DNA from: Aquirhabdus sp.
Lineage (GTDB): Bacteria; Pseudomonadota; Gammaproteobacteria; Pseudomonadales; Moraxellaceae
Length of the DNA stretch: 64,000 nt
Assembly (NCBI GenBank): GCA_030150135.1
Contig: JASLGO010000049.1
Coordinates: 13,366-77,365, forward strand
Reading direction: 5' to 3'
Shown here: positions 21,505-31,108 of the stretch, piece after piece
How positions within the stretch are numbered: the stretch's first letter is position 1
Layout of the letters: each line of letters starts with the position of its first letter
The notes under the pieces: generated by a model
Seen by the model: only the letters and a program-made list of their open reading frames with translations
What the model was told of the DNA's origin: nothing
The model's database searches: none
Made by a program: the position numbers and the translations under genes

Positions 21505-22599
21505 TTACAATCCATCCAACAACTCCCTAAAATCTCTCGTGATCTGAATGGTCGCTTCATACGCGGCTTTGTTAATCATAGCCATGCTGACAAATCCATG
21601 TCCTTGACCTTCCACACGATAAGCAACGCAATGTGAGCCTGCTTCACGCATTTTGAGTGCATAGATTTCAGCTTCATCGCGCAAACTGTCAAATGCGGCT
21701 GTGACGATTAATGCGGGCGGTAATTTTGCTAAATTGCCAAATATGGGCGATACGCGTGGGTCAGAGAGAGGCAATAAGCTATTTGCTAAATGCATTTCCT
21801 TTGCCAATTCCACATCTACGCGCGAGAGAAATAATCCCTCACCAAAAGCATGGTGTGATGGGTAATCATTGATCAAGTCTACAGATGGATAAATCAAAAG
21901 CTGTGCAGCAGGCGCATAGTCTGTACCAACGGTAAGTTGGCTGACGACTGCTGCAAGATTCCCGCCAGCACTATCGCCGCCTACAGCAATTTTGGTCGGG
22001 TCAGCACCTAAGCGTGCTGCGTTAGCATGTGCCCATTGAAGTGTATCAACACAATCTTCAATTGCAGCTGGTGAAGGATGATCGGGCATTAAGCGATAAG
22101 TGACACTTAAGACCTGCATCTGTCCATGTTGGCAGAGGAGGCGACAAGGATCGTCATGCGTATCGACATCACCGACTATAAAACTACCACCATGAAAGTA
22201 AACTAAAAGAGGCAAAGGCTTTCGACTCTTTTTTGCTGAGTGATGCAGTATAGGTGTGTAATGACGAACAGCCAAACGGCCTGAGCGACTTGGTATAGTC
22301 CAATCTCTTACTGTAGCGACTGGAATGGGCTTGGCAATCGCTGCCATGTCTCTGCGAAAATGAATCCGACTAGTTTCTGGTGTTGGATTGGATCCGTCTG
22401 CTGCACTGATAAATTTGCGTACTGAGAGTAGCATTTGCACATGAGGATCGAGATTTGGAAATTTCTCGTGATTAAAGCCCAAAGAGCGAGCGATAGCGCG
22501 TTGACCTGCTGGAGGTATTCGCGTTGATAACCGTAAGACAGTACCTTTTAATTTCTCGATACGAGCAGGTAGGTTTTTGAGGCGACCGATCAAAAGCAC
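21505..22599 (-). CDS. HSL-family (family IV) esterase/lipase
   Basis: HGGSF, GDSAGG, DSLRDE, HGF; start codon uncertain. Confidence 0.9.
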   Translation of the reverse strand: MLLIGRLKNLPARIEKLKGTVLRLSTRIPPAGQRAIARSLGFNHEKFPNLDPHVQMLLSVRKFISAADGSNPTPETSRIHFRRDMAAIAKPIPVATVRDWTIPSRSGRLAVRHYTPILHHSAKKSRKPLPLLVYFHGGSFIVGDVDTHDDPCRLLCQHGQMQVLSVTYRLMPDHPSPAAIEDCVDTLQWAHANAARLGADPTKIAVGGDSAGGNLAAVVSQLTVGTDYAPAAQLLIYPSVDLINDYPSHHAFGEGLFLSRVDVELAKEMHLANSLLPLSDPRVSPIFGNLAKLPPALIVTAAFDSLRDEAEIYALKMREAGSHCVAYRVEGQGHGFVSMAMINKAAYEATIQITRDFRELLDGL

Positions 22600-22677
22600 G
22601 TCCTCAAGATCGAGGATTGATGAGCATTGTCATTGTATAAATGCTCTAAGCTGGTTTGATCGGAGAGGCTCATGTTA

Positions 22678-23760
22678 TTAACTCAAGCTGTCGAGCAAGG
22701 CTCTAAAGTCATGCGCGATTTTTACCGTTGCCTCATGCGCAGCGCGGTTAATTGGCGTGATATTGATAAAGCCATGCCCTTGACCTTCTACACGATAGGC
22801 ATCGCAATGCGTTCCTGCTTCGCGTAGTTTAACGGCGTAGAGTTCACCTTCGTCACGCAACGTATCAAGTTCAGCGGTGACCAGTAGCGCTGGTGCTAAT
22901 CCTTCTAGTTGACCAAATAAAGGGGATACACGAGGGTCGGTTCGCTTAACGCGAGTGCCGCCAAAATAGGCTATTTTTGCATTATCCATGTCGGTTTGGT
23001 CCAAGAATAGCCCTTTGCCATACGCACCATGAGATGGATAGACACCATCCATATCGACCACTGGATAGATTAAGAGTTGTGCCGCAGGTGCATAGGTTTT
23101 TCCTGCTGCCAGTTGGCTGACGACCGCAGACAAGTTCCCACCAGCACTGTCGCCACCAACGGCGATTTTGGTTGGGTCAATGCCGAGTTGTTTTGCGTTT
23201 TTATGAGCCCATTTCAATGCATCTAGGCAGTCATTGGGTGCAGCTGGTGCTGGGTTTTCTGGTGCGAGGCGATAAGTTACGCTGAGAACTTGAACTTGAG
23301 CGTGCTGGCAGAGTAAACGGCACGGCTCATCATGGGTGTCCAAGTCACCCACCACAAAACCACCGCCGTGAAAGAATACCAGTAAAGGCAGTGGTTTAGT
23401 ATTTTGGCCGTAGACACGTGGAATGTAGTGGCGAACGGCGAGATTGCCTGAGCGAGCAGGAATTTCTAAATTACTGACGCGTTCGACAGTGGTTGGTTTA
23501 TCAATAATAGATGACATTTCTTTACGGAAATGACGGCGGCTTTTTTCTGGATTTGCGCCGATTAGACCGCCGCCATTCATGTGGCTGCGTACAGCGATCA
23601 AAACTTGTAGATGTGAGTCAAGTGCCGAGAATTGATCATCAAAACCGAGTGCTTTAGCGAGAATTCGCTGACCCAATGATGGAATCCGCATCGTTAAACG
23701 TGCGGCGGAGCCTTGAAGTTTTTCAATACGTGCGGTCAAGTTCTTAACGAGTGCTGCCAC
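22678..23760 (-). CDS. HSL-family (family IV) esterase/lipase
   Basis: HGGGF, GDSAGG, DTLRDE, HGF; GTG start with SD GAGGA. Confidence 0.92.
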   Translation of the reverse strand: MAALVKNLTARIEKLQGSAARLTMRIPSLGQRILAKALGFDDQFSALDSHLQVLIAVRSHMNGGGLIGANPEKSRRHFRKEMSSIIDKPTTVERVSNLEIPARSGNLAVRHYIPRVYGQNTKPLPLLVFFHGGGFVVGDLDTHDEPCRLLCQHAQVQVLSVTYRLAPENPAPAAPNDCLDALKWAHKNAKQLGIDPTKIAVGGDSAGGNLSAVVSQLAAGKTYAPAAQLLIYPVVDMDGVYPSHGAYGKGLFLDQTDMDNAKIAYFGGTRVKRTDPRVSPLFGQLEGLAPALLVTAELDTLRDEGELYAVKLREAGTHCDAYRVEGQGHGFINITPINRAAHEATVKIAHDFRALLDSLS

Positions 23761-23810
23761 AACATGTCCTCATTGCAGTTGAAGTTTGGTGCTATTAAAG
23801 CATGTATTTG

Positions 23811-23828
23811 TGACAATTAGTATTGTCA
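23811..23828. promoter_or_regulatory. palindromic operator TGACAA-N6-TTGTCA
   Basis: TGACAATTAGTATTGTCA ~50 bp upstream of the esterase pair; same motif at 30077-30094. Confidence 0.6.
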
Positions 23829-23898
23829 GGATATTCTTTTCGAATGGGTCGCATTCGCCATCATCGAAGATTATAGTAGGCAAATTGTGCTTATTTGC

Positions 23899-23924
23899 CT
23901 TGAATTATGCCAATCAAACCCAAT
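23899..23924 (+). promoter_or_regulatory. sigma-32 (RpoH) promoter of grpE
   Basis: CTTGAA-N14-CCCAAT. Confidence 0.7.
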
Positions 23925-24011
23925 TCATTTTTCATGATTTTATATCACCGAGTGCGGACTGCACTGTTTCGCTGCTTTTATTATTGTTGTTATTTATTAA
24001 AGAGGTCTGTT

Positions 24012-24554
24012 ATGTCTCAGTCAGAAGTGAATGAATTATCCGAAAACAATGGCGAAGTGAATGCTGCGTCAGCAGAAAATGTAAGCGTGGAAGGTGCAAT
24101 TGAAACTGAAGTTTCTCCAGAGCAAGCGCGCATTGCAGAACTCGAAGCACAAGTAAAAGATATTCAGGCTCGTGCCAATGCAGATATGTATAACTTCCAA
24201 AAACGTGTCGAACGTGAAACGGATAATGCCAAGAAATTTGCCTTGGAAAAATTTGCAGGTAGCTTGCTAGATGTGGTTGATAACTTAGAACGCGCGATTG
24301 CTGCAGCACCAGCCGATAGTAATCAAGGTTTGCTGGACGGTGTGCAATTGACGCATAAAGCATTATTGACTGCGTTGGAAAAGCATCACATTCGCGTGAT
24401 CGATCCAACGGGTCAGGCATTTGATGCGGAACAGCATCAAGCTGTGGGTATTGATCCAAATACCCCAGAAGGTCAAGTCGCAAATGTATTGCAAAAAGGC
24501 TACAGCTTGTCAGGTCGTTTGTTGCGTCCTGCAATGGTTACCGTAGGGCAGTAA
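24012..24554 (+). CDS. grpE: nucleotide exchange factor GrpE
   Basis: ADMYNFQKR, LLDVVDNLERA, QKGYSLSGRLLRPAMV; SD GAGG before MSQSEV. Confidence 0.96.
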   Translation: MSQSEVNELSENNGEVNAASAENVSVEGAIETEVSPEQARIAELEAQVKDIQARANADMYNFQKRVERETDNAKKFALEKFAGSLLDVVDNLERAIAAAPADSNQGLLDGVQLTHKALLTALEKHHIRVIDPTGQAFDAEQHQAVGIDPNTPEGQVANVLQKGYSLSGRLLRPAMVTVGQ

Positions 24555-24561
24555 GTATTTT

Positions 24562-24694
24562 TTTCAAATCTCCCCTCGATAAATATATGTCGAGCCTCTT
24601 TTTCTAAAGAGGGGAACTTCTGAGGGGGTGATGAAGTTTTTTGATTCGTTGAAAGTCCCTCTTTAGAGAAAGAGGGATTTAGGGAGATTTGAAA
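24562..24694. repeat. inverted pair of palindromic REP/MITE-like elements
   Basis: Perfect 13-bp terminal IR TTTCAAATCTCCC/GGGAGATTTGAAA enclosing two CCTCTTT..AAAGAGG hairpins; left ~75 bp homologous to 51587-51660. Confidence 0.85.
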
Positions 24695-24763
24695 GACTTT
24701 AAGAAAATATACGGATTAACTTATTCAATATAGACATTTTTTTAATAATATTTTTTGTTACAC

Positions 24764-24791
24764 CTTGAAAATTTATACATCAGTCGCATAT
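24764..24791 (+). promoter_or_regulatory. sigma-32 (RpoH) promoter of dnaK
   Basis: CTTGAAA-N14-CGCATAT. Confidence 0.65.
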
Positions 24792-24922
24792 TGAATAGCA
24801 CATGCAGAATTACTGCTAAACATATCATTTTTGAATGAACGTGCTGAAGTTTGATGTTTGAGTGCAGGTTAAGCCCCACATTCAATCAAAGCTTCAAGCA
24901 CTCTTAGATAAGGAGTTATAAC

Positions 24923-26851
24923 GTGGGTAGAATTATAGGTATTGACTTAGGTACAACCAATTCATGTGTTGCCGTGATGGAAGGCGACAAAGTTAAAGTG
25001 ATTGATAACGTTGAAGGCGCGCGCACTACGCCGTCGATCGTTGCGTATAAAGATTCAGAAATTTTGGTCGGTCAAAGCGCGAAACGCCAAGCAGTGACCA
25101 ACCCAAAAAACACCTTGTTTGCGATCAAACGTTTGATCGGTCGTCGTTATAGCGATGACGTAGTACAAAAAGACATCGGCATGGTGCCATACAAAATCGT
25201 GCAAGCTGACAACGGCGACGCATGGGTTGAAGTCAATGGCAAAAAACTCGCTGCACAGCAAGTTTCTGCTGAAATCCTGAAAAAGATGAAGAAAACTGCA
25301 GAAGAGTATTTGGGCGAGCCAGTCACCGAAGCGGTGATTACTGTACCTGCATACTTCAACGACGCACAACGTCAAGCGACTAAAGACGCTGGTTTGATCG
25401 CAGGTTTGGATGTTAAACGTATCATCAACGAGCCAACTGCTGCTGCACTTGCGTTCGGTATGGACAAGAAAGAAGGCGACCGTAAAATCGCTGTGTACGA
25501 CTTGGGTGGTGGTACATTCGACGTATCGATCATTGAAATTGCTGATGTCGATGGCGACCAACAGTTTGAAGTATTGTCAACCAACGGTGACACATTCTTG
25601 GGTGGTGAAGACTTTGACTTGCGTCTGATTGATTTCTTGGTTGAAACCTTCAAATCAGAACAAGGCGTGAATCTGAAAAACGATCCACTCGCATTGCAAC
25701 GTCTGAAAGAAGCAGCTGAAAAAGCGAAGATCGAGTTGTCTTCTGCACAAAGCACTGAAGTGAACTTGCCTTACATCACTGCTGATGCGACTGGTCCTAA
25801 GCATTTGGTCGTGACTATTACTCGTGCAAAATTGGAAGGTCTGGTTGAAGATTTGATCGCACGCACCATCGAGCCATGTAAGATTGCATTGAAAGATGCT
25901 GGTTTGTCGGCAAGCGATATTTCTGACGTGATTTTGGTTGGCGGTCAAACCCGTATGCCTAAAGTCATGGACAAAGTGAAAGAATTCTTCGGCAAAGAGC
26001 CGCGTAAAGACGTGAACCCAGACGAAGCAGTTGCGATTGGTGCGGCGATTCAAGGTGCGGTTCTGTCAGGTGACAAGAAAGACGTATTGCTGCTCGACGT
26101 GACACCATTGACGCTTGGTATCGAAACAATGGGTGGTGTGTTGACGCCAATCATTGAAAAGAACACCATGATTCCAACCAAGAAATCACAAGTGTTCTCA
26201 ACTGCCGATGACAACCAACCTGCGGTAACCATTCAGGTTTACCAAGGTGAACGTAAAATGGCTGCGCAGAACAAATCACTCGGTCGTTTTGACCTGACTG
26301 ACATTCCGCCAGCACCACGCGGTATGCCACAAATCGAAGTGACATTTGACATCGATGCGAACGGTATTTTGAACGTGTCTGCAAAAGATAAAGGTACTGG
26401 CAAAGCGCAAAGTATCCAAATCAAAGCGAACTCAGGTTTGTCGGATGAAGAAATCCAACAAATGATTCGTGATGCAGAAGCGAACGCTGAAGAAGACAAG
26501 AAGTTTGTCGATCTCGCTGCAGCGCGTAACGAAGCTGACCAATTGGTTCATGGCACACAAAAAGCTGTGAAAGATTTAGGCGACAAAGCGACTGAAGAAG
26601 AGAAGAAAGCAATCGACGCGGCGATTGATGAGCTTGAAGCAGCAACTAAAGAAAGTGATGTTGATGCAATCAAAGCGAAAATCGAAGCATTGTCAGCAGT
26701 TTCTATGCCTTTGATGCAACGTGTTTATCAGGAAACTGAAGCAGCACAACAAGCTCAAGGTGGCGATGCAGGCCAAGCGCATGCAGGTCAGGCGCACGAT
26801 GACGGTGTTGTAGATGCTGAGTTCACAGAAGTGAAAGATGATAAGAAGTAA
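24923..26851 (+). CDS. dnaK: chaperone DnaK (Hsp70)
   Basis: [25 protein letters not shown]-terminal [11 protein letters not shown] start, SD AAGGAG. Confidence 0.99.
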   Translation: MGRIIGIDLGTTNSCVAVMEGDKVKVIDNVEGARTTPSIVAYKDSEILVGQSAKRQAVTNPKNTLFAIKRLIGRRYSDDVVQKDIGMVPYKIVQADNGDAWVEVNGKKLAAQQVSAEILKKMKKTAEEYLGEPVTEAVITVPAYFNDAQRQATKDAGLIAGLDVKRIINEPTAAALAFGMDKKEGDRKIAVYDLGGGTFDVSIIEIADVDGDQQFEVLSTNGDTFLGGEDFDLRLIDFLVETFKSEQGVNLKNDPLALQRLKEAAEKAKIELSSAQSTEVNLPYITADATGPKHLVVTITRAKLEGLVEDLIARTIEPCKIALKDAGLSASDISDVILVGGQTRMPKVMDKVKEFFGKEPRKDVNPDEAVAIGAAIQGAVLSGDKKDVLLLDVTPLTLGIETMGGVLTPIIEKNTMIPTKKSQVFSTADDNQPAVTIQVYQGERKMAAQNKSLGRFDLTDIPPAPRGMPQIEVTFDIDANGILNVSAKDKGTGKAQSIQIKANSGLSDEEIQQMIRDAEANAEEDKKFVDLAAARNEADQLVHGTQKAVKDLGDKATEEEKKAIDAAIDELEAATKESDVDAIKAKIEALSAVSMPLMQRVYQETEAAQQAQGGDAGQAHAGQAHDDGVVDAEFTEVKDDKK

Positions 26852-26880
26852 TTCTTAGGGTCTAGTTTCTGAATAAAGAG

Positions 26881-26906
26881 AGCGAACCGAAGGGTTCGCT
26901 TTTTTT
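26881..26906 (+). terminator. dnaK intrinsic terminator
   Basis: AGCGAACC-gaag-GGTTCGCT followed by T-run. Confidence 0.9.
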
Positions 26907-26926
26907 ATGCGTATTTTTTGCTCACA

Positions 26927-27010
26927 TATAGGTTCACTGAGCTTGTCGAAGTGGACATCTCAGACTTCATCCGTTTGCGCCGCACATTTCGACAAGCTCA
27001 ATGAGCTATA
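26927..27010. repeat. inverted-repeat hairpin element (TTCGACAAGCTCA type)
   Basis: TATAGGTTCACTGAGCTTGTCGAAGTG ... CATTTCGACAAGCTCAATGAGCTATA; ~25-bp arms, ~30-nt spacer. Confidence 0.75.
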
Positions 27011-27082
27011 GTTTTAGGCTATTCTCTGGAATAGAATTGCAAATATTAGAATGCGTAGTTATAGCAAAACTTAGGAAATAAG

Positions 27083-27520
27083 ATGAGTAAACACGACCGT
27101 CTAGGTGAGCCAACACCACTGTATTTTAAAACCACTTATGTTGTTCAAGAAAGTGACATTGATGGTTTGGGTCATATGAATAATACGGTCTACCTTCGAT
27201 TGATGGAAAATCTCGCTTGGGCGCATTCTGAGCATTTGGGTTTAGGTGTTGAGGATTTCCAGCGGATTGGTTCTGCGATGGTTGCTCGTGAACATCGGAT
27301 GACTTACTTAGGTGCGTTGTTTGCAGGCGAGACTGTACAATTTGAGACATGGTTAGATCATATTGATGCGCTGAATATGCACCGTTATTATCGGTTTAGG
27401 CGTGTTTCAGACCAGAAAGTTGCGTTTGAGGCGCATACGCATTGGGTGTGTATTTCGATTGCGACAGGACGACCGCAGCGGATGCCGCCCGAGTTTAAGG
27501 TGGTGTATCAGGCAGGATAG
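27083..27520 (+). CDS. acyl-CoA thioesterase (4HBT/YbgC hotdog family)
   Basis: DIDGLGHMNNTVY, C-terminal TGRPQRMP. Confidence 0.88.
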   Translation: MSKHDRLGEPTPLYFKTTYVVQESDIDGLGHMNNTVYLRLMENLAWAHSEHLGLGVEDFQRIGSAMVAREHRMTYLGALFAGETVQFETWLDHIDALNMHRYYRFRRVSDQKVAFEAHTHWVCISIATGRPQRMPPEFKVVYQAG

Positions 27521-27601
27521 TTTCAGTACCGAATCATACAAACTATGAAACGTAAACCTTCTATAATGCGCACCTAATCGCATTTTTAAGTTTTATATTT
27601 A

Positions 27602-28837
27602 ATGAATAAAATAACTGATTTAAACCGCAAAACGCTGATGTTTCCGCTTGCGGTGGTTCTCTTTGAATTCTGTGTGTATATCGCCAACGATATGATTCAA
27701 CCAGGCATGATTTCAGTGATTACTGATTTTCATGTCGGGACTGAATGGGTGGCGCGTTCACTGACGGCTTATCTGATTGGCGGAACGCTACTGACTTGGT
27801 TACTTGGACCTTTATCTGATCGGTTGGGTCGGCGACCTGTTATGTTGTTTGGTGCGGTGATGTTTGCGGTGTCGTTGCTGCTGATTTTGTTTTCTTGGAA
27901 TATTGAAACTTTTATGCTCATGCGAATTGTGCAGGGCGTTGGGTTGTGTTACATCATGGCAGTTGGCTATGCAGCAATCCAAGAGGCGTTTGAGGAAAAA
28001 GCCGCGATTAAGGTGATGGCAATGATGGCAAATGTTGCTTTGCTTGCGCCGCTGATTGGGCCTGTTGCAGGTGCGGCGGTGATTTCGGTTTGGCCGTGGC
28101 AGGTGAGTTTTGTATTGATTGCGGTGGTTGCGGTACTGAGCGTGGCTGGCTTGTATTTCAATATGCCTGAAACGCTTGTTGTGAATAAAGCTGAACCTAA
28201 ACCGTCATTGTCGCTTAAAGCTGTTCTTGGAGATTATTGGGCGTTGTTGCAAGAAGCGCCTTTTGTCAAAGCTGCGATTTGTATGTCGTTATTTGGCGTG
28301 CCGTTGATTGTTTGGATTGGTTTGTCACCTGTGATTTTGATTAAAGATTCAGGCATGACGCCGATGGAATATGGTTTGTGTCAGTTGCCTGTGATTGGGG
28401 CGTTGATCATTGGCAATATCTTACTGATGAAAGTCACGGATAAATGGCCATTAGATCGTCCGATGAAGTTTTCGCCTGCGATTACGGTGTTGGGTTTATT
28501 GCTGATGTTGCCTGTGCTTTATTTTCCTCAGTCTATGGCGTTATTTATTATTTTGGGGATGAGCTGTTTTGCATTTGCGCAAGGGTTGGCGTTTGCGGTG
28601 ACGTATCGCATCGTGATGACTGCGGCACCACATGGTGCAGGTGTGATGGGTGCTGCGGTTGGAATGCTATTGATGGCGGGCTATGCACTGGAGCTAGAGT
28701 TTGCGGCGTGGTTGTATCAGCGGTATTCGGCGACAGGTTTGTTTGTGATGTTGACGATTTTTGCTGTGCTTTATTTTATGTTGTTGCCGGGGGTGTTGAG
28801 AAGGGCGATGGCGCAGAGAGAAACTGAGGCAGGGTAA
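27602..28837 (+). CDS. mdfA: MdfA/Cmr-like multidrug MFS transporter
   Basis: LFEFCVYIANDMIQPGM, GPLSDRLGRRPV, AVGYAAIQEAFEE, MANVALLAPLIGP. Confidence 0.85.
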   Translation: MNKITDLNRKTLMFPLAVVLFEFCVYIANDMIQPGMISVITDFHVGTEWVARSLTAYLIGGTLLTWLLGPLSDRLGRRPVMLFGAVMFAVSLLLILFSWNIETFMLMRIVQGVGLCYIMAVGYAAIQEAFEEKAAIKVMAMMANVALLAPLIGPVAGAAVISVWPWQVSFVLIAVVAVLSVAGLYFNMPETLVVNKAEPKPSLSLKAVLGDYWALLQEAPFVKAAICMSLFGVPLIVWIGLSPVILIKDSGMTPMEYGLCQLPVIGALIIGNILLMKVTDKWPLDRPMKFSPAITVLGLLLMLPVLYFPQSMALFIILGMSCFAFAQGLAFAVTYRIVMTAAPHGAGVMGAAVGMLLMAGYALELEFAAWLYQRYSATGLFVMLTIFAVLYFMLLPGVLRRAMAQRETEAG

Positions 28838-28847
28838 TGCTTTGAAG

Positions 28848-28940
28848 TCTTCCCCTGAGGGGGAAGATTTAGATGGGGGTGCTTTTAGTTTCAAAAGTCA
28901 AAAGCGCCCCCATCCCGACCTTCCCCCTCAGGGGAAGGAG
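28848..28940. repeat. inverted pair of palindromic REP-like elements
   Basis: TCTTCCCCTGAGGGGGAAGATTTAGATGGGGGTGCTTTT ... AAAAGCGCCCCCATCCCGACCTTCCCCCTCAGGGGAAGGAG. Confidence 0.85.
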
Positions 28941-28962
28941 AAAGAATAGCTGGTTAATTCAA

Positions 28963-28991
28963 TTGACTTCACCACTTAAACACCCTAACCT
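28963..28991 (+). promoter_or_regulatory. sigma-70 promoter with GC-rich discriminator
   Basis: TTGACT-N17-TAACCT followed by TCGCGG. Confidence 0.6.
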
Positions 28992-28995
28992 TCGC

Positions 28996-29128
28996 GGCGA
29001 GTAATTGAGCCGACTCGTCTATTCTAATTCTGCGTAAAGCAGCCGAGGATCTTTGCTAGGGTAGGTGACTGCTACACTTAGACGATTAGAATGCAAAAAA
29101 GCCGAACAGAAATGTTCGGCTTTTTTGC
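28996..29128 (+). ncRNA. candidate small non-coding RNA (family not recognised)
   Basis: Lies between the promoter above and a terminator; no ORF; several complementary segments. Confidence 0.45.
29093..29128. terminator. bidirectional intrinsic terminator
   Basis: GCAAAAAAGCCGAACA-gaaa-TGTTCGGCTTTTTTGC perfect 16-bp stem. Confidence 0.9.
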
Positions 29129-29144
29129 GTTTGAACTTTGAAAA

Positions 29145-30020
29145 TTAAGACTTGTTCGCCAATTGTTTCGCTTGTTTTTTTGCAATTGCACGACTTTGCA
29201 GTTTAGTAACAGTGCCGAAAATCTTTTGATAGCCTTGTGGTAAAACACGTTGGATGGCATCAAGGAATTTAGCATCGTTACCGATCAATAGACGGCGCTG
29301 GTCATGACGGATAGCGTCAATAATTTGACGTGCAGCTTCTTCTGGTGGTGTGCGTAATAGCTTGTTGAATTCGGCAATACTCTTTTCTGCATTCATGCCC
29401 AAAGAGTTGACGCTATCACTCATACGTGCAGCATTTGCAATATTTGTACGGATGCCACCTGGGTGTACGCAAGTTGAGCTTACGCCGCATTTTTGCATGT
29501 CGAGTTCTTGGCGAAGTGATTCAGTGAAGCCGCGAACCGCAAATTTACTCGCGTTATAAGCACTTTGTGTTGGTTGTGACGTGAGACCGAACAGACTAGA
29601 AATGTTGACGATATGTCCTTCGCCTGCTTTCTTCAGCAGTGGCAAGAATTCTTTAGTGCCGTAGACCACACCCCAGAAGTTGATACCCATCATCCATTCA
29701 AGATCAGCGTAGCTCATGCCTTCAACGGTGCTACCCATTGCAACGCCCGCATTGTTGATGATGATGTTGACTTTGCCATGTTGTTTTTCTGCATCTTTGG
29801 CCCATGCAGAAACTTGTTCAAGTTTGGATACGTCAACTTTTTGGGTGGTGACTTTCACATTTGATGCTTTCACGAGATCAACTGTTGCTGCTAAGCCTTT
29901 TTCATTGACATCAGAAAGTGCAAGGTTGCAGCCTTCTTTAGCTAATAAAACTGCTAATTGTTGACCAATACCCGAACCAGCACCTGTAATTGCCGCAACT
30001 TTGCCTTTCAAAACTTTCAT
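29145..30020 (-). CDS. SDR family oxidoreductase
   Basis: TGAGSGIG, NNAG, YNASK; SD GAGG before MKVLKGK. Confidence 0.92.
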   Translation of the reverse strand: MKVLKGKVAAITGAGSGIGQQLAVLLAKEGCNLALSDVNEKGLAATVDLVKASNVKVTTQKVDVSKLEQVSAWAKDAEKQHGKVNIIINNAGVAMGSTVEGMSYADLEWMMGINFWGVVYGTKEFLPLLKKAGEGHIVNISSLFGLTSQPTQSAYNASKFAVRGFTESLRQELDMQKCGVSSTCVHPGGIRTNIANAARMSDSVNSLGMNAEKSIAEFNKLLRTPPEEAARQIIDAIRHDQRRLLIGNDAKFLDAIQRVLPQGYQKIFGTVTKLQSRAIAKKQAKQLANKS

Positions 30021-30076
30021 TGTTAATTCCTCAAGGAACATCTTATGGGAGAGTAGTTCAGCCGCTACTATAGTTT

Positions 30077-30094
30077 TGACAATGTGTGTTGTCA
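30077..30094. promoter_or_regulatory. palindromic operator TGACAA-N6-TTGTCA (probable TetR site)
   Basis: (T)TGACAATGTGTGTTGTCA(A) between the divergent SDR and TetR genes. Confidence 0.65.
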
Positions 30095-30297
30095 ATATTA
30101 ATATCTAACCCATATTGGCATTTGTGCTCAAATTTAGTTTTTTTGGAAATTAAGATTGCCTGCGTGACCTTTTCATCACAAAGACCGCACATCTACACGC
30201 TCTAGGGATAATTTTTGCGTGATACAATGACTTAAGCATCAATAATATTCGACAACAACGATAGCGTGTTCCGTCGATAAAGATAAAGGGTTGGACT

Positions 30298-31074
30298 ATG
30301 GGAAGTGAAGCGGAAAGTGTAGTGCTTGAAAGTGAGATCATTGACGGAAATGATTTGACCGCGCAAGAAGCGTCAACTGATGCGAAGCCTGCTGGCGTTA
30401 AGCGTCGTAGTTTTAAAGGCATGAGCTTGGAGGTTCGTCAGGCGGAGCGTCGTGAGCGGTTGATGGAAGCAGGCTTGCAGGCCTACGGCACTTTGGGGTT
30501 TTTCTCAGTGACTGTGCGCGATGTATGTGTCGAAGCGAAGCTGACGGAACGTTATTTTTATGAATCTTTTAAAAATAGTGGTGCGTTGTTTGATGCGATT
30601 TATATGCGTTTAGTTGAGGATTTACAAAAGCATATTATGACTGCGGTGATGCAAGGTGCGCCTGATCCCAAACAAATGGTTCAGTTAGGATTGACGGCAT
30701 TCTTTCAGCATTTAAGTGATGATCAGCGAGTCACGAGAATTTTGTTCATTGATGCGATTTTGGTTCATGAAAATGGAGGAAAGAGCATTCATAAAGCAGT
30801 GAAACGTTTTGATTTGATGACTCAATCTTTTATTACCTTGATGATTCCTCAAGCTCAAGAAAATATGGCAATGATTTCTTTAATTTCAACAGGTTTGACG
30901 GGTTATGTTTCTCATCTGTCGACACGCTGGGCAATCAGTGGATTTAAGGAGTCTGTGGATGAGTTAATGGCAGCATGTATGGTGTTGTATGAGGCGTTAC
31001 TTTCACATTTTCAGGCTACAGGCTTTAGTGAAAAAGGAGCGTCACTGATCAAGTCAGCTCCAAAAGAGTCATGA
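30298..31074 (+). CDS. TetR/AcrR family regulator
   Basis: ERRERLMEAG..VTVRDVCVEAKLTERYFYESF HTH. Confidence 0.9.
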   Translation: MGSEAESVVLESEIIDGNDLTAQEASTDAKPAGVKRRSFKGMSLEVRQAERRERLMEAGLQAYGTLGFFSVTVRDVCVEAKLTERYFYESFKNSGALFDAIYMRLVEDLQKHIMTAVMQGAPDPKQMVQLGLTAFFQHLSDDQRVTRILFIDAILVHENGGKSIHKAVKRFDLMTQSFITLMIPQAQENMAMISLISTGLTGYVSHLSTRWAISGFKESVDELMAACMVLYEALLSHFQATGFSEKGASLIKSAPKES

Positions 31075-31108
31075 ATGTCAATTGAGATGAGTGAGTTAAA
31101 TCATTGAT

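Noticed and set aside
25055..26645. Several antisense ORFs over dnaK
   Set aside because: Shadow ORFs caused by strong codon bias in a highly expressed gene; no independent coding signals.
26852..27082. Missing dnaJ after dnaK
   Set aside because: Separation of dnaJ from grpE-dnaK is usual in Acinetobacter-like genomes, so it is not anomalous.
28996..29090. SRP RNA (ffs) or fluoride riboswitch identity for the candidate ncRNA
   Set aside because: It has AAGCAGCC but lacks the TCAGGTCCGGAAGGA SRP core. The crcB pseudoknot partner is missing, and no downstream sense gene exists.
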